Shown: in pieces, positions 35,322 through 46,359 of the stretch
How the letters are laid out: each line of letters starts with the position of its first letter
How positions within the stretch are numbered: the stretch's first letter is position 1
Assembly (NCBI GenBank): GCA_965222675.1
Contig: OZ244963.1
Coordinates: 990,617 to 1,054,616, forward strand
Length of the DNA: 64,000 bases
Source: Wenzhouxiangellaceae bacterium
GTDB lineage: Bacteria > Pseudomonadota > Gammaproteobacteria > Xanthomonadales > Wenzhouxiangellaceae
Direction: 5' to 3'
Made by a program: the position numbers and the translations under genes
Notes under the pieces: model-generated
Seen by the model: only the letters and a program-made list of their open reading frames with translations
Told to the model about the DNA's origin: nothing
Databases searched by the model: none

Positions 35322-36460
35322 GGTGCGGTTCCGAAGCGCTCGATGAGGGCCTCGGCCGCCCGATCGGCGGCACCGCGAGCCAGCGTGGCGTGCAGTTCGT
35401 CGGCGGTGGCCCGGAACGCGTCGCGCCGGGGCGCGTCGTCCAGCCAGCGAACGACATCCGATGCCAGCCTCTCCGGCGTGGCCTCGGCCTGGATCCGCTC
35501 GGGCACCAGCGCGCGTCCCGCCAGGAGGTTCGGCAGGCCGACGTGCGCGCTCTTGACCAGCCTGAGCGTGCGAGCCAGCGCATAGGTCGCCGCCGGCAGG
35601 CGGTAGTAGATGACCATCGGCGTGCGGGTCAGCAGGGCCTCGAGGGTGACCGTGCCCGATGCGGCCAGCGCGACGTCGGCGGCGGTCAGTCCGGTGCGCG
35701 TGCGATCGGTGACGATCCGCAGGTTCTCTACGGCTCGGGCACCGGCGGCGTTGCAGAAAGCCTCGCGCTGGTTTTCCCGGGCCAGCAGCACGACGAGCTC
35801 GACGTCGGGACGGTCGCGGCCGACTCTTGCCGCGGTCTCGGCCAGCAGGGCCGCATGACGGCCGATCTCGCCGCCGCGGCTGCCGGGCAGCAGCGCGACG
35901 ACCGGGCGGTCGGCCGGCAGGTCCAGGGCGCGGCGGGCGGCCGCGCGGTCCGGCGACTGCGGCAGGGCATCGGCCAGCGGGTGGCCGACGAAGCGGCAGT
36001 CCAGGCCGGTGCCCGAGAAGCAGTCCGGCTCGAAGGGAAACAGCGTCAGCAGCAGGTCCAGGGAGCGCGCGATCTTGCTGATGCGATAGCCGCGCCAGGC
36101 CCAGACCGACGGGGCGACGAGGTGGGCCGTGGGGATGCCGTCGCGCTTCAGGCCGCGGGCCAGGCCCAGGTTGAAGTCGGGCGCGTCGATGCCGACGAAG
36201 GCGCGCGGGCGGCGGTCGCGGATGGTGGTTCTCAGGCCGCGGCGGAGGCGGACCAGGCGGGGCAGGTGGCCGATCACTTCGAACAGGCCCATCACGTCCA
36301 GCGCGTCGATGGTCTCGATGGACTCGACCCCGGCGGAACGCATTTCCGGCCCGGTGACGCCGGACAGGACCGGGTCGGCCAGTCGTTGCCGCAGCGCTCC
36401 GGCGAGCGCCGCGCCCAGCGCATCGCCCGACGTTTCGCCGGCCGACAGCACGAAGGACAT
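35318..36460 (-). CDS. lpxB: Lipid-A-disaccharide synthase
   Basis: Start at [13 protein letters not shown] (ATGA overlap with the lpxA stop). [18 protein letters not shown] and LLPGSR motifs, in an lpx cluster context. Confidence 0.9.
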   Translation of the reverse strand: MSFVLSAGETSGDALGAALAGALRQRLADPVLSGVTGPEMRSAGVESIETIDALDVMGLFEVIGHLPRLVRLRRGLRTTIRDRRPRAFVGIDAPDFNLGLARGLKRDGIPTAHLVAPSVWAWRGYRISKIARSLDLLLTLFPFEPDCFSGTGLDCRFVGHPLADALPQSPDRAAARRALDLPADRPVVALLPGSRGGEIGRHAALLAETAARVGRDRPDVELVVLLARENQREAFCNAAGARAVENLRIVTDRTRTGLTAADVALAASGTVTLEALLTRTPMVIYYRLPAATYALARTLRLVKSAHVGLPNLLAGRALVPERIQAEATPERLASDVVRWLDDAPRRDAFRATADELHATLARGAADRAAEALIERFGTAP

Positions 36461-37248
36461 CAGCGCAGCAGGCCCCGCGTGCCGTTCTCGATGCTGTCGA
36501 TGAAGGGCTGCAGGGCCGGCTGCTGGTCTGCGCGCTCGCGCAGTTCGGTCAATGCCTCGTCGAGCGGCGTGCCCAGGCGATACACCAGCCGGTAGGCCTC
36601 GCGGATGGCGCGGATCGCGTCGGCGTCGAAGCCGCGGCGCTTCAGGCCCTCGCTGTTGATGCCGCGCGGCCGCGGCGGCCGGCCCGAAACCATCACGAAC
36701 GAAGGCACGTCCTGGTTGACGCCGCCGTACATGCCTAAGAACGCGTGGTCGCCGATGGTGACGAACTGGTGCGCACCGGAGAAGCCGGCGAAGATGACGA
36801 AGTCGCCGACCGTGACGTGGCCGGCCAGGGTCGCACCGTTGGCGAACACGCAGTCCGAACCGACCAGGCAGTCGTGGGCGATGTGGCTGTAGGCCATCAT
36901 CCAGTTGCGATCGCCGATCCGGGTGACGCCGCCGCCGTCGGCGGTGCCGCGATTGATCGTCACGTACTCGCGGATCGTGTTGTCGCGGCCGATCACCAGC
37001 TCGGAATCTTCGCCGGCGTACTTCTTGTCCTGCGGTTCCTCGCCGATCGACGCGAACTGGAAGATCCGGGTGCCGGCGCCAACGCGCGTGCGGCCGGTGA
37101 CGACCGCGTGGGGGCCGATCCGGCAACCGTCGCCGAGCTCGACGTCGGCATCGACGATCGCGTAGGGCCCGATTTCCACATCGGCACCGAGGCGGGCGCC
37201 GCTGTCGACGACCGCGGTCGGGTGAACGCGTGCGTCCTGGTGGCTCAT
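36460..37248 (-). CDS. lpxA: Acyl-ACP--UDP-N-acetylglucosamine O-acyltransferase
   Basis: Start at [15 protein letters not shown] (ATGA overlap with the fabZ stop). Hexapeptide repeats and a C-terminal helical domain. Confidence 0.9.
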   Translation of the reverse strand: MSHQDARVHPTAVVDSGARLGADVEIGPYAIVDADVELGDGCRIGPHAVVTGRTRVGAGTRIFQFASIGEEPQDKKYAGEDSELVIGRDNTIREYVTINRGTADGGGVTRIGDRNWMMAYSHIAHDCLVGSDCVFANGATLAGHVTVGDFVIFAGFSGAHQFVTIGDHAFLGMYGGVNQDVPSFVMVSGRPPRPRGINSEGLKRRGFDADAIRAIREAYRLVYRLGTPLDEALTELRERADQQPALQPFIDSIENGTRGLLR

Positions 37249-37721
37249 CGCTCGTCCGGTCGCGCCGCGCAGAGCATCTCGCAACTCGCCACGCGCTTGC
37301 CGTCGACGTGGGTCTCGGCCTCGTACAGGCCCATGCCGCGCATCAGGCGCTTCTGGGTGACGTGGAAGTGCAGCTGGTCGCCGGGGACCACGGTCTTGCT
37401 GAAGCGGGCCTTGTCGATCTTGACCAGGTAGAACAGCTGGTCCTTCGCGCCCTGTTCCTGGCGGGCCAGGTGGGCCAGGCAGCCGGCGGCCTGCGCCATG
37501 GCCTCGAGGATCAGCACGCCGGGCATCACCGGGTGACCCGGGAAGTGGCCCTGGAAGAACGGCTCGTTCATGGTCACGTTCTTCATCGCGTGGATCCTGG
37601 GCGGCTGACCGGATTCCTCATCGGCCGACCAGTCCAGCACGCGATCGACGAGCAGGAACGGGTAGCGGTGGGGCAGCAGGGAGAGGATGCGTTCGATGTC
37701 AGCGGTACGTGGTTCGCTCAT
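37245..37721 (-). CDS. fabZ: 3-hydroxyacyl-ACP dehydratase FabZ
   Basis: 158 aa. LPHRYPFLLVDRV, FFQGHFPGHPVMPGVLILEAMAQ. Confidence 0.93.
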   Translation of the reverse strand: MSEPRTADIERILSLLPHRYPFLLVDRVLDWSADEESGQPPRIHAMKNVTMNEPFFQGHFPGHPVMPGVLILEAMAQAAGCLAHLARQEQGAKDQLFYLVKIDKARFSKTVVPGDQLHFHVTQKRLMRGMGLYEAETHVDGKRVASCEMLCAARPDER

Positions 37722-37790
37722 GCCGTGAAGCTCGTTTTGGGTCGATGGGGTCGCGTTTCGCGGCGGCCGATGCGTCGGCCGCCCCGGGGC

Positions 37791-38819
37791 TCACGTTGAC
37801 TTGCGCCGGACCTTCCGGAACAGCGTTTCGAGCTGGCCGAGGCGGACCAGCGTCCGCTGCCAGCTGCGCAGCGGGCGGGCCGGGATGCCGGACCCGTACT
37901 GGCCGGGCTCGGTGATCGAGTCCAGCACCGTGCTCATCGCGGTGATCACCACATGATCGCAGATTTCGAGGTGGCCGCCGATGCCGCTGGCCCCCGCGAT
38001 CATGCAGTAGCTCCCGATCCGGGTCGAGCCGGCGATGCCGACGCACCCGGCGATCGCGCTGTGGTCGCCGATCACGACGTTGTGGGCGACCTGGACCTGG
38101 TTGTCGAGGCGCACGTCGTCGCCGAGCACCGTGTCGTCGATGGCGCCGCGATCGATCGTGGTGTTGGCGCCGATCTCGCAGTCGGCGCCGATCCGCACGG
38201 AGCCGAGCTGCGGCACCTTGCGCCAGCGCCCCCGGTCCATCGCCAGGCCGAAGCCGTCGGCACCGATCACGGCGCCCGGGTGGACCAGCGTTCGCGCGCC
38301 GAGACGCACGCCCGGGCCCAGGACCACGTTGGCCGTCAGGCGAACGTCGCGTTCGAGGCGGGCGCCGCGTCCGACCACGCAACCGGGGCCGATCCGGACC
38401 CCGGCGCCGACCCGGGCGCCGGCTTCGACGACCGCCATCGGGCCGATCTCGGCGCCGGGATCGATCTCGGCCTCGTCATCCACGTGGGCGCGGTGGTGCA
38501 CGCCCGGTTCGGCGGACGGCTCGGGCGCGAAGCGTTCCAGCGCCCTGCACCAGGCCAGGTAGGGGTCGTCGACGACCAGCGCGGCGCAGGGGCAGTCGTC
38601 CACTGCGGCCTCGGAAAGGATGACGGCGGTGGCGCGCGTTTGCGCGAGCTGGGGCCGGTAGGCGGGGTTGGACAGGAAACCGAGGGCGCCGGGTTCGGCT
38701 GCGGCAAGCGTTGCGGGGCGCTCGACGTGCTCGGTCGGGTCCCCGACCAGCTTCGCGCCCAGCGCTTCGGCCAGGGCATCGAGCCGGATCCCCCCGGTTC
38801 CGGTGTTTCCGGAGCTCAC
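37791..38819 (-). CDS. lpxD: UDP-3-O-acylglucosamine N-acyltransferase
   Basis: 342 aa. N-terminal uridine-binding domain, long hexapeptide-repeat region and a C-terminal helix. Positioned between skp and fabZ. Confidence 0.9.
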   Translation of the reverse strand: MSSGNTGTGGIRLDALAEALGAKLVGDPTEHVERPATLAAAEPGALGFLSNPAYRPQLAQTRATAVILSEAAVDDCPCAALVVDDPYLAWCRALERFAPEPSAEPGVHHRAHVDDEAEIDPGAEIGPMAVVEAGARVGAGVRIGPGCVVGRGARLERDVRLTANVVLGPGVRLGARTLVHPGAVIGADGFGLAMDRGRWRKVPQLGSVRIGADCEIGANTTIDRGAIDDTVLGDDVRLDNQVQVAHNVVIGDHSAIAGCVGIAGSTRIGSYCMIAGASGIGGHLEICDHVVITAMSTVLDSITEPGQYGSGIPARPLRSWQRTLVRLGQLETLFRKVRRKST

Positions 38820-39376
38820 TGCGGCTCGCGCCGGCTCCGCAACTCGAAGTCGACTTCCAGGAATTCGAGCACCTGGTCGGTGATGTCGATCTTGCGGGAG
38901 GCGAAGGCCACCGGGCTGGACAGCACCAGGTCATAGCCCTCGCGCTCGGCCACGGTCTGCACGGCCAGCTCGATCTCCTCGCCCAGCGACTTGATCTCGG
39001 CATTGCGGCGGAAGTTGAGTTCTTCGGCCAGGTCCTCGCGTCGCCGATCGATCGAGCGGCGGAGGTTCCGGATCTCGCGTTCGCGGGCCAGGATCTGTTC
39101 GTTGCTCAGGCCGATCGAATCGGCCAGGTCCTGCTCCATCTGGACCAGGCGCTCCTCGTCGGCGAGCAGGGCTTCGTTGCGGGGGCGGAATTCGACATCG
39201 AGCTCGGCGCGGCCGGCCAGCACCTGCGGTGCGTTGTCGAGCAGGCGCTTCATGTCCACATAACCGATGCGCAGGTCCGCCTGCCCCAAAGCGGGGCCGG
39301 CCAGCACGAATGCGATCGAAAGCGCGATCGACAGCGCGATCGTTCTCGCAAGCGGCAATGTCAGGACACGAACCAT
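38816..39376 (-). CDS. skp: Periplasmic chaperone Skp (OmpH family)
   Basis: 186 aa. Signal peptide, then a coiled-coil-rich body (IGYVDMKRLLDNAPQ...), between bamA and lpxD. Confidence 0.85.
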   Translation of the reverse strand: MVRVLTLPLARTIALSIALSIAFVLAGPALGQADLRIGYVDMKRLLDNAPQVLAGRAELDVEFRPRNEALLADEERLVQMEQDLADSIGLSNEQILAREREIRNLRRSIDRRREDLAEELNFRRNAEIKSLGEEIELAVQTVAEREGYDLVLSSPVAFASRKIDITDQVLEFLEVDFELRSRREPQ

Positions 39377-39468
39377 TCCTGCGTTTTCTCCGAACGCTCA
39401 GGTACCCAAGTATAGGCCCTGGCCGGAGAAATTTCCTCCCCCGCCCTGCGCCGGGCGCCGGTCCGGGA

Positions 39469-41901
39469 TCAGAACTGGGCGCCGAAGGAGAACTGGATCT
39501 GCTGGACGTCGTCGCCGGGGCGATCCTTCAGGGGAGTGGAGACGTTGATGATGATCGGGCCGACCGGGGCCTCCCAGGTCAGCGAGATGCCGGTCGAGGC
39601 GCGCAGGAGGTTCTCGTCGAAGGTGTCGAAGCGCTGGAACACGTTGCCGACGTCGACGAACCAGGCCAGCCGGGTGCCGCTGAGCTCGGCAAACGGGATC
39701 GGGAACGCGATCTCCACGCCGCCGGTGACCTTGAAGTCGCCGCCGACGGAGCGGCAGAACTGGTCCTTGGGTCCCAGCGTGTTGTCGTCGAAACCGCGCA
39801 CGTCCGACACGCCGCCGGCGAAGAAGTGCTCCCAGAACGGCAGGCCGCCGTCGGAGGTCACGATCTCGTCGAGCTGGCAGTTGCCGGCCAGGCGCTCGGG
39901 CTCGATGTCTTCGAAGGTCAGTTCCTTGTCGTCGTAGACGTCGCCGTAGGACACGTCCGCGCGCACCGCGAAGGCCAGGTTCTCGCCCAGCGGCCAGTAC
40001 TTGCGGCCCCGGTAGGCCACCTTGTAGTACTCGCGGGTGCTGCCCGGTACGGCCAGGTCCAGCGACAGGCGGTTCAGCGAGCCCCGGGTCGGGGTGAGGA
40101 AGTGGTTCCGCGTATCGCGGCCCCAGCTGCCGTTGAACAGCACGGTCTCGACATCGCGCTCGTCGCTCGACAGGAAGCCGTCGCCGTCGCGATCCAGGGT
40201 GATGGCCAGGGGCCGGGTCGCGGCGAGTTCGAAGTTCACCGGGCTGTCGGGGTCGTCCGGGTCGATCGGCACGGCGACGAAGTTGCCGATGTTGATGTCC
40301 AGCGCCTGGTAGCTGGCGCCGAGGCGGACGTAGTCGACCTCGGTGATCGGGAAGCCGAAGTTCACGCCGGCCGCCGCTTGGCTGGTCGAGAAGGCCGAGA
40401 TGTTCGCCCGGCCCTGGTTGAACTCGGAGTAGCTCACGAAGAAGCCGCGCGATACGCCGTCGTCGGTCCAGTAGGGGTTGGTGTAGGACAGGTTGACCTG
40501 CCGGTTGATCCGGCTGCGGCTGACCGCGAAGCCGACCGTGCGGCCCGATCCCAGGAAGTTTTCCTGCTGGACCGAGATCGACGCGATCAGGCCCTGGAGC
40601 TGGGAGAAGCCGAGGCCGACCTGGAAGCTGCCGGTCGAGCGTTCCTCGACGCTGACGATGATGTCGACCTGGTCGTCCGTGCCCTCGACCGCCGGCGTTT
40701 CGATGTTGACCTCCTCGAAATAGCCGATCCGACGCAGCCGCTGGCGCGAGCGATCGACCGCGGCCTGGGAGAACCACGCGCCTTCGAACTGGCGCATTTC
40801 CCGGCGCAGCACTTCGTCCTTGCTGACCGTGTTGCCGCGGAACTCGACCCGCCGCACGTAGACGCGCTTGCCCGGGTCGACGAAGAAGGTCAGGTCGACG
40901 GTCTTTTCCTCGCGGTCGATCCGCGGGACCGGGTTGACGTTGGCGAAGGCGTAGCCGAAGTTGGCCAGCAGCCCGGTGATGTTGTCGACGGTCTGCTCGA
41001 CCCTCTCGCGCGAGAAGGTCTGGCCGCCGTCGATGGCGACGAAGGGCTCGAGGACCTCGGCGTCGACGACCAGGTCGCCGGTCAGGTTGACGTCGGTAAC
41101 CGTGTAGACCTCGCCTTCGCGGACGTTGGCGGTGATGTAGATGTTCTGCCGGTCGGGGCTGACCGAGACCTGGGTCGACTCGATCGCGAAATCCACGTAG
41201 CCGCGGTCGAGGTAGAACGCGCGCAGGCGCTCGAGGTCGCCGGAAAGCTTCTCGCGGGTGTAGTTCGGCCGGCCCTGCCAGAAGTACAGGCCCCAGAAGT
41301 CGTTATCGGTGCCGGACTCGAAGTCCTCGCGGAGTTCGTCTTCGTCGAAGGTCTCGTTGCCGACGATGTTGATGTGGCGAATCCTCGCGACCTTGCCCTC
41401 GACGATCACGATGCCGATGTCGACCCGGTTGCGGTCGAGCTGGGACAGGCGGACATCGATGTCGACGTTGTAGTGGCCCTGGCCGTAGTACTGGCGGATC
41501 AGCTCCTGTTCCACCTGGTCCAGCGCCAGCCGGTCGAACACCTCGCCCTCGGCGATACCGATGTCCTCCAGGGCCGGCATCAGCGCGTCGGAGGGGATCT
41601 TCTTGTTGCCGGTGATCGTCACCGTGGAGATGGCCGGGCGCTCGACCACCTCGATGATCAGGATGTCGCCTTCACGGGCCAGCTCAACGTCCTGGAAGAA
41701 CCCGCTGCGATACAGGTCGCGGATGCTGGAGCGGGCCAGGGTGGGCGTCAGGCGGTCGCCGACCTCGATCGGCAGGAAGCTGAACACCGTGCCCTCGGAG
41801 ATGCGCTGCAGGCCGTCGACGCGGATCTCCTCGACGACGAAGTTCTGGGCGTGCAGGGGCGCGCTCGCGAGCAGCACCAGGAGAAGAAGGAGTTTTCTCA
41901 T
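39469..41901 (-). CDS. bamA: Outer-membrane protein assembly factor BamA
   Basis: Start at MRKLLLLLVLLASAPLHAQ. POTRA repeats (FVVEEIRVDGLQRISEGTV...), a C-terminal Omp85 barrel and a terminal ..FSFGAQF. The alternative upstream start at 41934 adds 11 aa. Confidence 0.92.
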   Translation of the reverse strand: MRKLLLLLVLLASAPLHAQNFVVEEIRVDGLQRISEGTVFSFLPIEVGDRLTPTLARSSIRDLYRSGFFQDVELAREGDILIIEVVERPAISTVTITGNKKIPSDALMPALEDIGIAEGEVFDRLALDQVEQELIRQYYGQGHYNVDIDVRLSQLDRNRVDIGIVIVEGKVARIRHINIVGNETFDEDELREDFESGTDNDFWGLYFWQGRPNYTREKLSGDLERLRAFYLDRGYVDFAIESTQVSVSPDRQNIYITANVREGEVYTVTDVNLTGDLVVDAEVLEPFVAIDGGQTFSRERVEQTVDNITGLLANFGYAFANVNPVPRIDREEKTVDLTFFVDPGKRVYVRRVEFRGNTVSKDEVLRREMRQFEGAWFSQAAVDRSRQRLRRIGYFEEVNIETPAVEGTDDQVDIIVSVEERSTGSFQVGLGFSQLQGLIASISVQQENFLGSGRTVGFAVSRSRINRQVNLSYTNPYWTDDGVSRGFFVSYSEFNQGRANISAFSTSQAAAGVNFGFPITEVDYVRLGASYQALDINIGNFVAVPIDPDDPDSPVNFELAATRPLAITLDRDGDGFLSSDERDVETVLFNGSWGRDTRNHFLTPTRGSLNRLSLDLAVPGSTREYYKVAYRGRKYWPLGENLAFAVRADVSYGDVYDDKELTFEDIEPERLAGNCQLDEIVTSDGGLPFWEHFFAGGVSDVRGFDDNTLGPKDQFCRSVGGDFKVTGGVEIAFPIPFAELSGTRLAWFVDVGNVFQRFDTFDENLLRASTGISLTWEAPVGPIIINVSTPLKDRPGDDVQQIQFSFGAQF

Positions 41902-41949
41902 GAAAAAGCGGTGTCCGGGGTGAGTTCGGCGCAATGGCGCGCGCCGAGT

Positions 41950-43323
41950 TTACTGAAAGACTCGTACTATATCGTTAAATATCGCCAGGCTCATCAGTGC
42001 GGCCACGGCCACCAGGCCGATCGTCTGGCCGATGACCTGGCCGCGCTCCGACACCGGGCTGCCCTTGATCGCCTCGATCAGGAAATACAGCAGGTGGCCG
42101 CCATCGAGCACGGGAATCGGCAGCAGGTTGATGATCGCCAGCGACAGGCTGATCAGGCCCAGGAAGAAAAGAAACCGGGACACGCCCAATCGGGCGGAGT
42201 CCTGGGCCATCCGGGCAATTGTAATGGGCCCGGACAGGTTGGCCAGGGACGCCTGTCCTGTGACCATGCGGCCGAGGATGCCCAGCGTGCCGCTGGTCAG
42301 GCGCCAGGTCTCGGCGAAGGCCTGGCCGAGGCCCTCGACCGGGCCGAAGCGCAGGATCGTGAAGGTGCGCTCGATGCGCCGCCGGAGTTCCGCGTCGGCC
42401 TCCGGGGCGGTGATGCCGATCACCGGGCGCCCGTCGACGAGTTCCGGCACGATCGAGACCGTGCGCTCGCGGCCGCCGCGCTCGATGGTCGTAGCAATCG
42501 TCAGGTCGATGGCGCGACCTCCCTCCGTGGCCTCGGGGATCGCGCGGGTCATCCGCTGCCAGCCGTCGACCGGCTCGCCGTCGACGGCGACGATGCGATC
42601 GCCGGCCTGGAGCCCGGCGCGCTGGGCGGGCGAATCGGGCGAGACCGTGCCGATGATCGGCGGCAGGTCCGGCCGCCACGGCGTCAGCCCGATCGCCTCG
42701 AGCGCCCGGTCCTCGCGAAATTCCGGTCCGAGCCTGTCCAGCGGCAGCTCGACGCTGCGCCGCTGGCCGGCCTCGTCCTCGACCTCGAGTTGGACCGTTT
42801 CGCGGTCCAGCGCCGGCGGGATCAGCGCGAGCAGGGCGTGGGTCCAGGTTTCGACCCGTTCGTCGCCGACCCGGATGATGCGGTCCTCGTTCTCCAGCCC
42901 GGCCTCCGCGGCCAGGCCTTCCGGCGGGCCGATCACCGGCCGTGAATCGGCAATGCCGATCATGAACATCAACCAGAACGCGGCCACGGCAAAGATCAGG
43001 TTGAAGATCGGGCCGGCGGCGACGATCGCCGAGCGCTGGGCCAGCGACTTCCGGTTGAACGCATCCTGGCGTTCGTCCGGGGCGACGTGCATCTCGCGCT
43101 CGTCGAGCATCTTGACGTAGCCGCCGAGCGGAATGGCCGCAACCACGAACTCCGTGCCCTCGGCGTTGTGCCGGCGCACGAGCGGGCGGCCGAAGCCGAT
43201 CGAGAATCGAAGCACGCGGACGCCGCAGCGCCGTGCAACCCAGTAGTGGCCGAATTCGTGGAAGGTGACCAGCAGGCCCAGCGCGAGCGCCAGCCAGCCG
43301 ACCGAGGCGAGCACGTCAAGCAT
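41950..43323 (-). CDS. rseP: RIP metalloprotease RseP (site-2 protease)
   Basis: 457 aa. HEFGHYWVARR zinc motif, two PDZ-like regions and NLLPIPVLDGGH. Confidence 0.92.
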   Translation of the reverse strand: MLDVLASVGWLALALGLLVTFHEFGHYWVARRCGVRVLRFSIGFGRPLVRRHNAEGTEFVVAAIPLGGYVKMLDEREMHVAPDERQDAFNRKSLAQRSAIVAAGPIFNLIFAVAAFWLMFMIGIADSRPVIGPPEGLAAEAGLENEDRIIRVGDERVETWTHALLALIPPALDRETVQLEVEDEAGQRRSVELPLDRLGPEFREDRALEAIGLTPWRPDLPPIIGTVSPDSPAQRAGLQAGDRIVAVDGEPVDGWQRMTRAIPEATEGGRAIDLTIATTIERGGRERTVSIVPELVDGRPVIGITAPEADAELRRRIERTFTILRFGPVEGLGQAFAETWRLTSGTLGILGRMVTGQASLANLSGPITIARMAQDSARLGVSRFLFFLGLISLSLAIINLLPIPVLDGGHLLYFLIEAIKGSPVSERGQVIGQTIGLVAVAALMSLAIFNDIVRVFQ

Positions 43324-43377
43324 GGCGGGGGTTCTCTCCGTGTCGCTCTGCGTCGGGTCTCGTCGGGGCGGTTCCGA

Positions 43378-44199
43378 TCATGCCGCCACCGTCCGGGTGA
43401 ACCAGACCAGCAGCGCGAAGGCCGGTGCCGCCGCGCCCACGCTGTCGATGCGGTCGAGGATGCCGCCGTGACCGGGCAGCAGGTTCGAAGTGTCCTTGAC
43501 CCCGCGATGGCGCTTCATCAGGCTGAGGGTCAGGTCGCCGCCGATCGAGAGCAGGGCCAGGAGGGCGCCCGCGCCGAGGCCGGTCAGGGGGCCGTAGGGG
43601 ACGTCGGGGAGCTGGCTGGTCGCCGCGCCGGCCAGGGCGCCCACGACCATGCCGCCGACGGCGCCGGACCGGGTTTTCCCGGGGCTGATGCGCGGTGCGA
43701 GTTTGGTCCCGCCGATCGCGTGACCTGTGAAGTACGCGCCGATGTCGGCGCCGGCGATGACCAGGATCAAGGCGAACACCAGCCACGGGCTGCCGGCGTG
43801 CAGCCAGGCCAGCGAGATGAAGGCGGCCCCGAGGATCAGGCTCAGGTCGAACAGCTTTCGCCACTGCAGTTCGTTGCCGGTCGGCCGGCCGCGGTCCGGC
43901 CAGGCCAGGGCGATGCAGTGGCCCAGCCAGATGCCCGTGGCGATGGCGAACAGGAACACCGCCGCGCCCGGCTGGTGGATCAGGACCAGCAGCCCGGCCC
44001 CGAAGGCCAGCAGGAACGCGATCCACACGGTTCGCGCAAGGGCGCCGCCCAGGCCGGCCAGGCCGGCGCCTTCCCAGCCACCGATGATCAGAACAAGCAG
44101 CGCCAGCGCGGCGGTCAGCGGCAGCGGATCGAGGGTGAAGATCGCGGCCAGCAGCACCGCGGCCATCACCAGCGCGGTCAGGACGCGGGATCTAAGCAT
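43378..44199 (-). CDS. cdsA: Phosphatidate cytidylyltransferase
   Basis: 273 aa, multi-TM. SLMKRHRGVKDTSNLLPGHGGILDRIDS is the CDS signature. Confidence 0.9.
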   Translation of the reverse strand: MLRSRVLTALVMAAVLLAAIFTLDPLPLTAALALLVLIIGGWEGAGLAGLGGALARTVWIAFLLAFGAGLLVLIHQPGAAVFLFAIATGIWLGHCIALAWPDRGRPTGNELQWRKLFDLSLILGAAFISLAWLHAGSPWLVFALILVIAGADIGAYFTGHAIGGTKLAPRISPGKTRSGAVGGMVVGALAGAATSQLPDVPYGPLTGLGAGALLALLSIGGDLTLSLMKRHRGVKDTSNLLPGHGGILDRIDSVGAAAPAFALLVWFTRTVAA

Positions 44200-44923
44200 G
44201 CTTCAGCGACGGCTCGGCAAGCCCTCCGAAGCGCCGCTCGCGGACCGCGAACGCATCGAGTGCGCGGTCCAGGTCGGTCTCGTCGAAGTCCGGCCACAGC
44301 GTGTCGCAGAAATACAGTTCCGTGTAGGCGAGATTCCACGGCAGGAAGTTCGACAGCCGCTGCTCGCCGCCGGTCCGGATGAACAGGTCCGGCTCGGGCT
44401 GGTCGCGCAGCGCGAGGTGCCGGGCGACCACCGTCTCGTCGATCGCGTCGGGTTCGAGTTCGCCGCGGCGGACCTTCTCGGCCACCGCGCGCATCGCGTC
44501 GGTGATGTCGGCCCGGCCGCCGTAGTTGGCCGCGACGTTGAGGATCAGGCGGTCGTTGTTCCGGGTCAGCTCCTCGGCGCGCGCCATGCCGCGCTGCAGC
44601 AGCCTGGAGAAGGCCTCCCGGCGGCCGATGAAGTTCAAGCGCACACCGTGCTCGTGCAGGCGGTCGAGTTCACGGTCCAGCGCGTGGCGGAACAGCGACA
44701 TCAGGCGCCGGACTTCGTGACGCGGCCGGGTCCAGTTCTCGCTGGAAAACGCGTAGACGGTCAGGATCGGAATGCCGCGCTCGGCCACGGCGCGCACGAT
44801 CTTGCGCGCCGCCTCGGTGCCGGCCTGGTGGCCGTAGGTCCGGGCCTTGCCGCGCCGGGCGGCCCAGCGGCCGTTGCCGTCCATGATGATGGCCAGGTGG
44901 CGCGGTCGATCCGCCGACACCAT
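44192..44923 (-). CDS. uppS: Undecaprenyl-diphosphate synthase
   Basis: 243 aa. HLAIIMDGNGRWA, AFSSENWTRP, RTGGEQRLSNFLPW. Confidence 0.93.
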   Translation of the reverse strand: MVSADRPRHLAIIMDGNGRWAARRGKARTYGHQAGTEAARKIVRAVAERGIPILTVYAFSSENWTRPRHEVRRLMSLFRHALDRELDRLHEHGVRLNFIGRREAFSRLLQRGMARAEELTRNNDRLILNVAANYGGRADITDAMRAVAEKVRRGELEPDAIDETVVARHLALRDQPEPDLFIRTGGEQRLSNFLPWNLAYTELYFCDTLWPDFDETDLDRALDAFAVRERRFGGLAEPSLKHA

Positions 44924-44926
44924 GGG

Positions 44927-45484
44927 TCAGATCTCCATCAGCTCTTTTTCCTTGACCGCGACCATCTCGTCGACGCGCGCGACGTGCTGGTCCGTGAGCT
45001 GCTGGATATCGGTTTCACCGCGGCGCAGGTCGTCCTCGGTGATGTCCTTGCTCTTCAGCATTTCCTTCATGTGCTGGTTCGCATCGCGGCGGATGTTGCG
45101 AATCGCGACCTTCGCCTGTTCGCCCTCGGCGTGGACGATCTTGCTCAGGTCGGCGCGACGCTCTTCGGTCAAGGCCGGCAGCGGCACGCGGATCACGGTT
45201 CCGGCCGTGGCCGGGTTCAGGCCGAGATCGGAGGTCATGATGGCCTTCTCGATCTTCTGGACCATGGACTTGTCGAAGGGAGTCACGGCAAGCGTGCGCG
45301 AATCCTCGACGGTCACGTTCGCGGCCTGGCCGATCGGCACTTCCGATCCGTAGTAGTCGACGTGGACATGTTCGAGCAGGCTGGGGTGGGCGCGGCCGGT
45401 CCGGATCTTGGCCAGTTCGGACTTCAGCGCATCCAGGCTCTTGTCCATGCGCGACGCGGCATCCTTCTTGATGTCAGCAAGCAT
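44927..45484 (-). CDS. frr: Ribosome recycling factor
   Basis: 185 aa from [31 protein letters not shown] and [10 protein letters not shown] motifs. The track extension to 45688 is rejected. Confidence 0.93.
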   Translation of the reverse strand: MLADIKKDAASRMDKSLDALKSELAKIRTGRAHPSLLEHVHVDYYGSEVPIGQAANVTVEDSRTLAVTPFDKSMVQKIEKAIMTSDLGLNPATAGTVIRVPLPALTEERRADLSKIVHAEGEQAKVAIRNIRRDANQHMKEMLKSKDITEDDLRRGETDIQQLTDQHVARVDEMVAVKEKELMEI

Positions 45485-45635
45485 GATCGATTCACTCGGG
45501 CAGTGGAAACAGGGGGCCCCGCGATCTCGTTCGCGGGACGATTCGACTAAGGATTGTAGCAGCCGAATCGGGCAGAAATCGGGCGCGGGGCGGGCCGGGA
45601 ACGGGCGCCGGCGCTTCGATCGGGCGGGGCGCGGT

Positions 45636-46352
45636 CTATTCGACCAGCGTGCCGACGTCTTCGCCGTCCAGCAGGCGGGCCAGCGCACCGCCGGTGTTGA
45701 GGTTGATCACCCGGATCGGCATCGACTGGTCGCGGCACAGCACCATGGCGTTGGTATCCATGACGTTGAGCTTGTGCTCGATGACTTCGTCGTAGCCGAC
45801 CTTGTCGTAGCGCTTCGCGTCCGGGTCGGTCATCGGGTCGGCCGAGTAGACGCCGTCGACCTTGGTCGCCTTGATCATCAGGTCGGCGCCGATCTCGATC
45901 GCGCGCAGGCTGGCGGCCGTATCGGTAGTGAAGAACGGGTTGCCCGTGCCGGCCGCGAAGATCACCACGCGACCCTTCTCGAGGTGGCGCACGGCACGGC
46001 GCCGGATGTAATCCTCGCAGACCTCGCGCACGGAGATCGCCGACATCACGCGGGTGGTCACGCCGGCCCGCTCGAGCGCGTCCTGCAGCGCCAGGCTGTT
46101 CATGACCGTGGCCAGCATGCCCATGTGGTCGCCGGTGATCCGGTCCATGCCGGCCGAGGCCAGGCCGGCGCCGCGGAAGATGTTGCCGCCGCCGATGACG
46201 ATGCCCACCTGGACACCGGCACGGGCGACTTCGGCCACTTCGCGGGCGATCCGCGAGCTGACCTTGGGGTCGATTCCGTAGTCCTGCTCGCCCAGCAGCG
46301 CTTCGCCGCTGAGCTTGAGCAGGATCCGGCCGAAGCGGGTGGAATCGACCAT
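45636..46352 (-). CDS. pyrH: UMP kinase
   Basis: Start at [34 protein letters not shown] and ATKVDGVY motifs. Confidence 0.93.
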   Translation of the reverse strand: MVDSTRFGRILLKLSGEALLGEQDYGIDPKVSSRIAREVAEVARAGVQVGIVIGGGNIFRGAGLASAGMDRITGDHMGMLATVMNSLALQDALERAGVTTRVMSAISVREVCEDYIRRRAVRHLEKGRVVIFAAGTGNPFFTTDTAASLRAIEIGADLMIKATKVDGVYSADPMTDPDAKRYDKVGYDEVIEHKLNVMDTNAMVLCRDQSMPIRVINLNTGGALARLLDGEDVGTLVE

Positions 46353-46359
46353 GGCCGGA

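Noticed and set aside
39229-42945. 1238-aa plus-strand ORF across skp/bamA/rseP
   Set aside because: It is antisense to three motif-rich conserved genes and has low-complexity Arg/Asp/Ala/Gly/Val composition. It is an artefact of stop-codon-poor GC-rich sequence.
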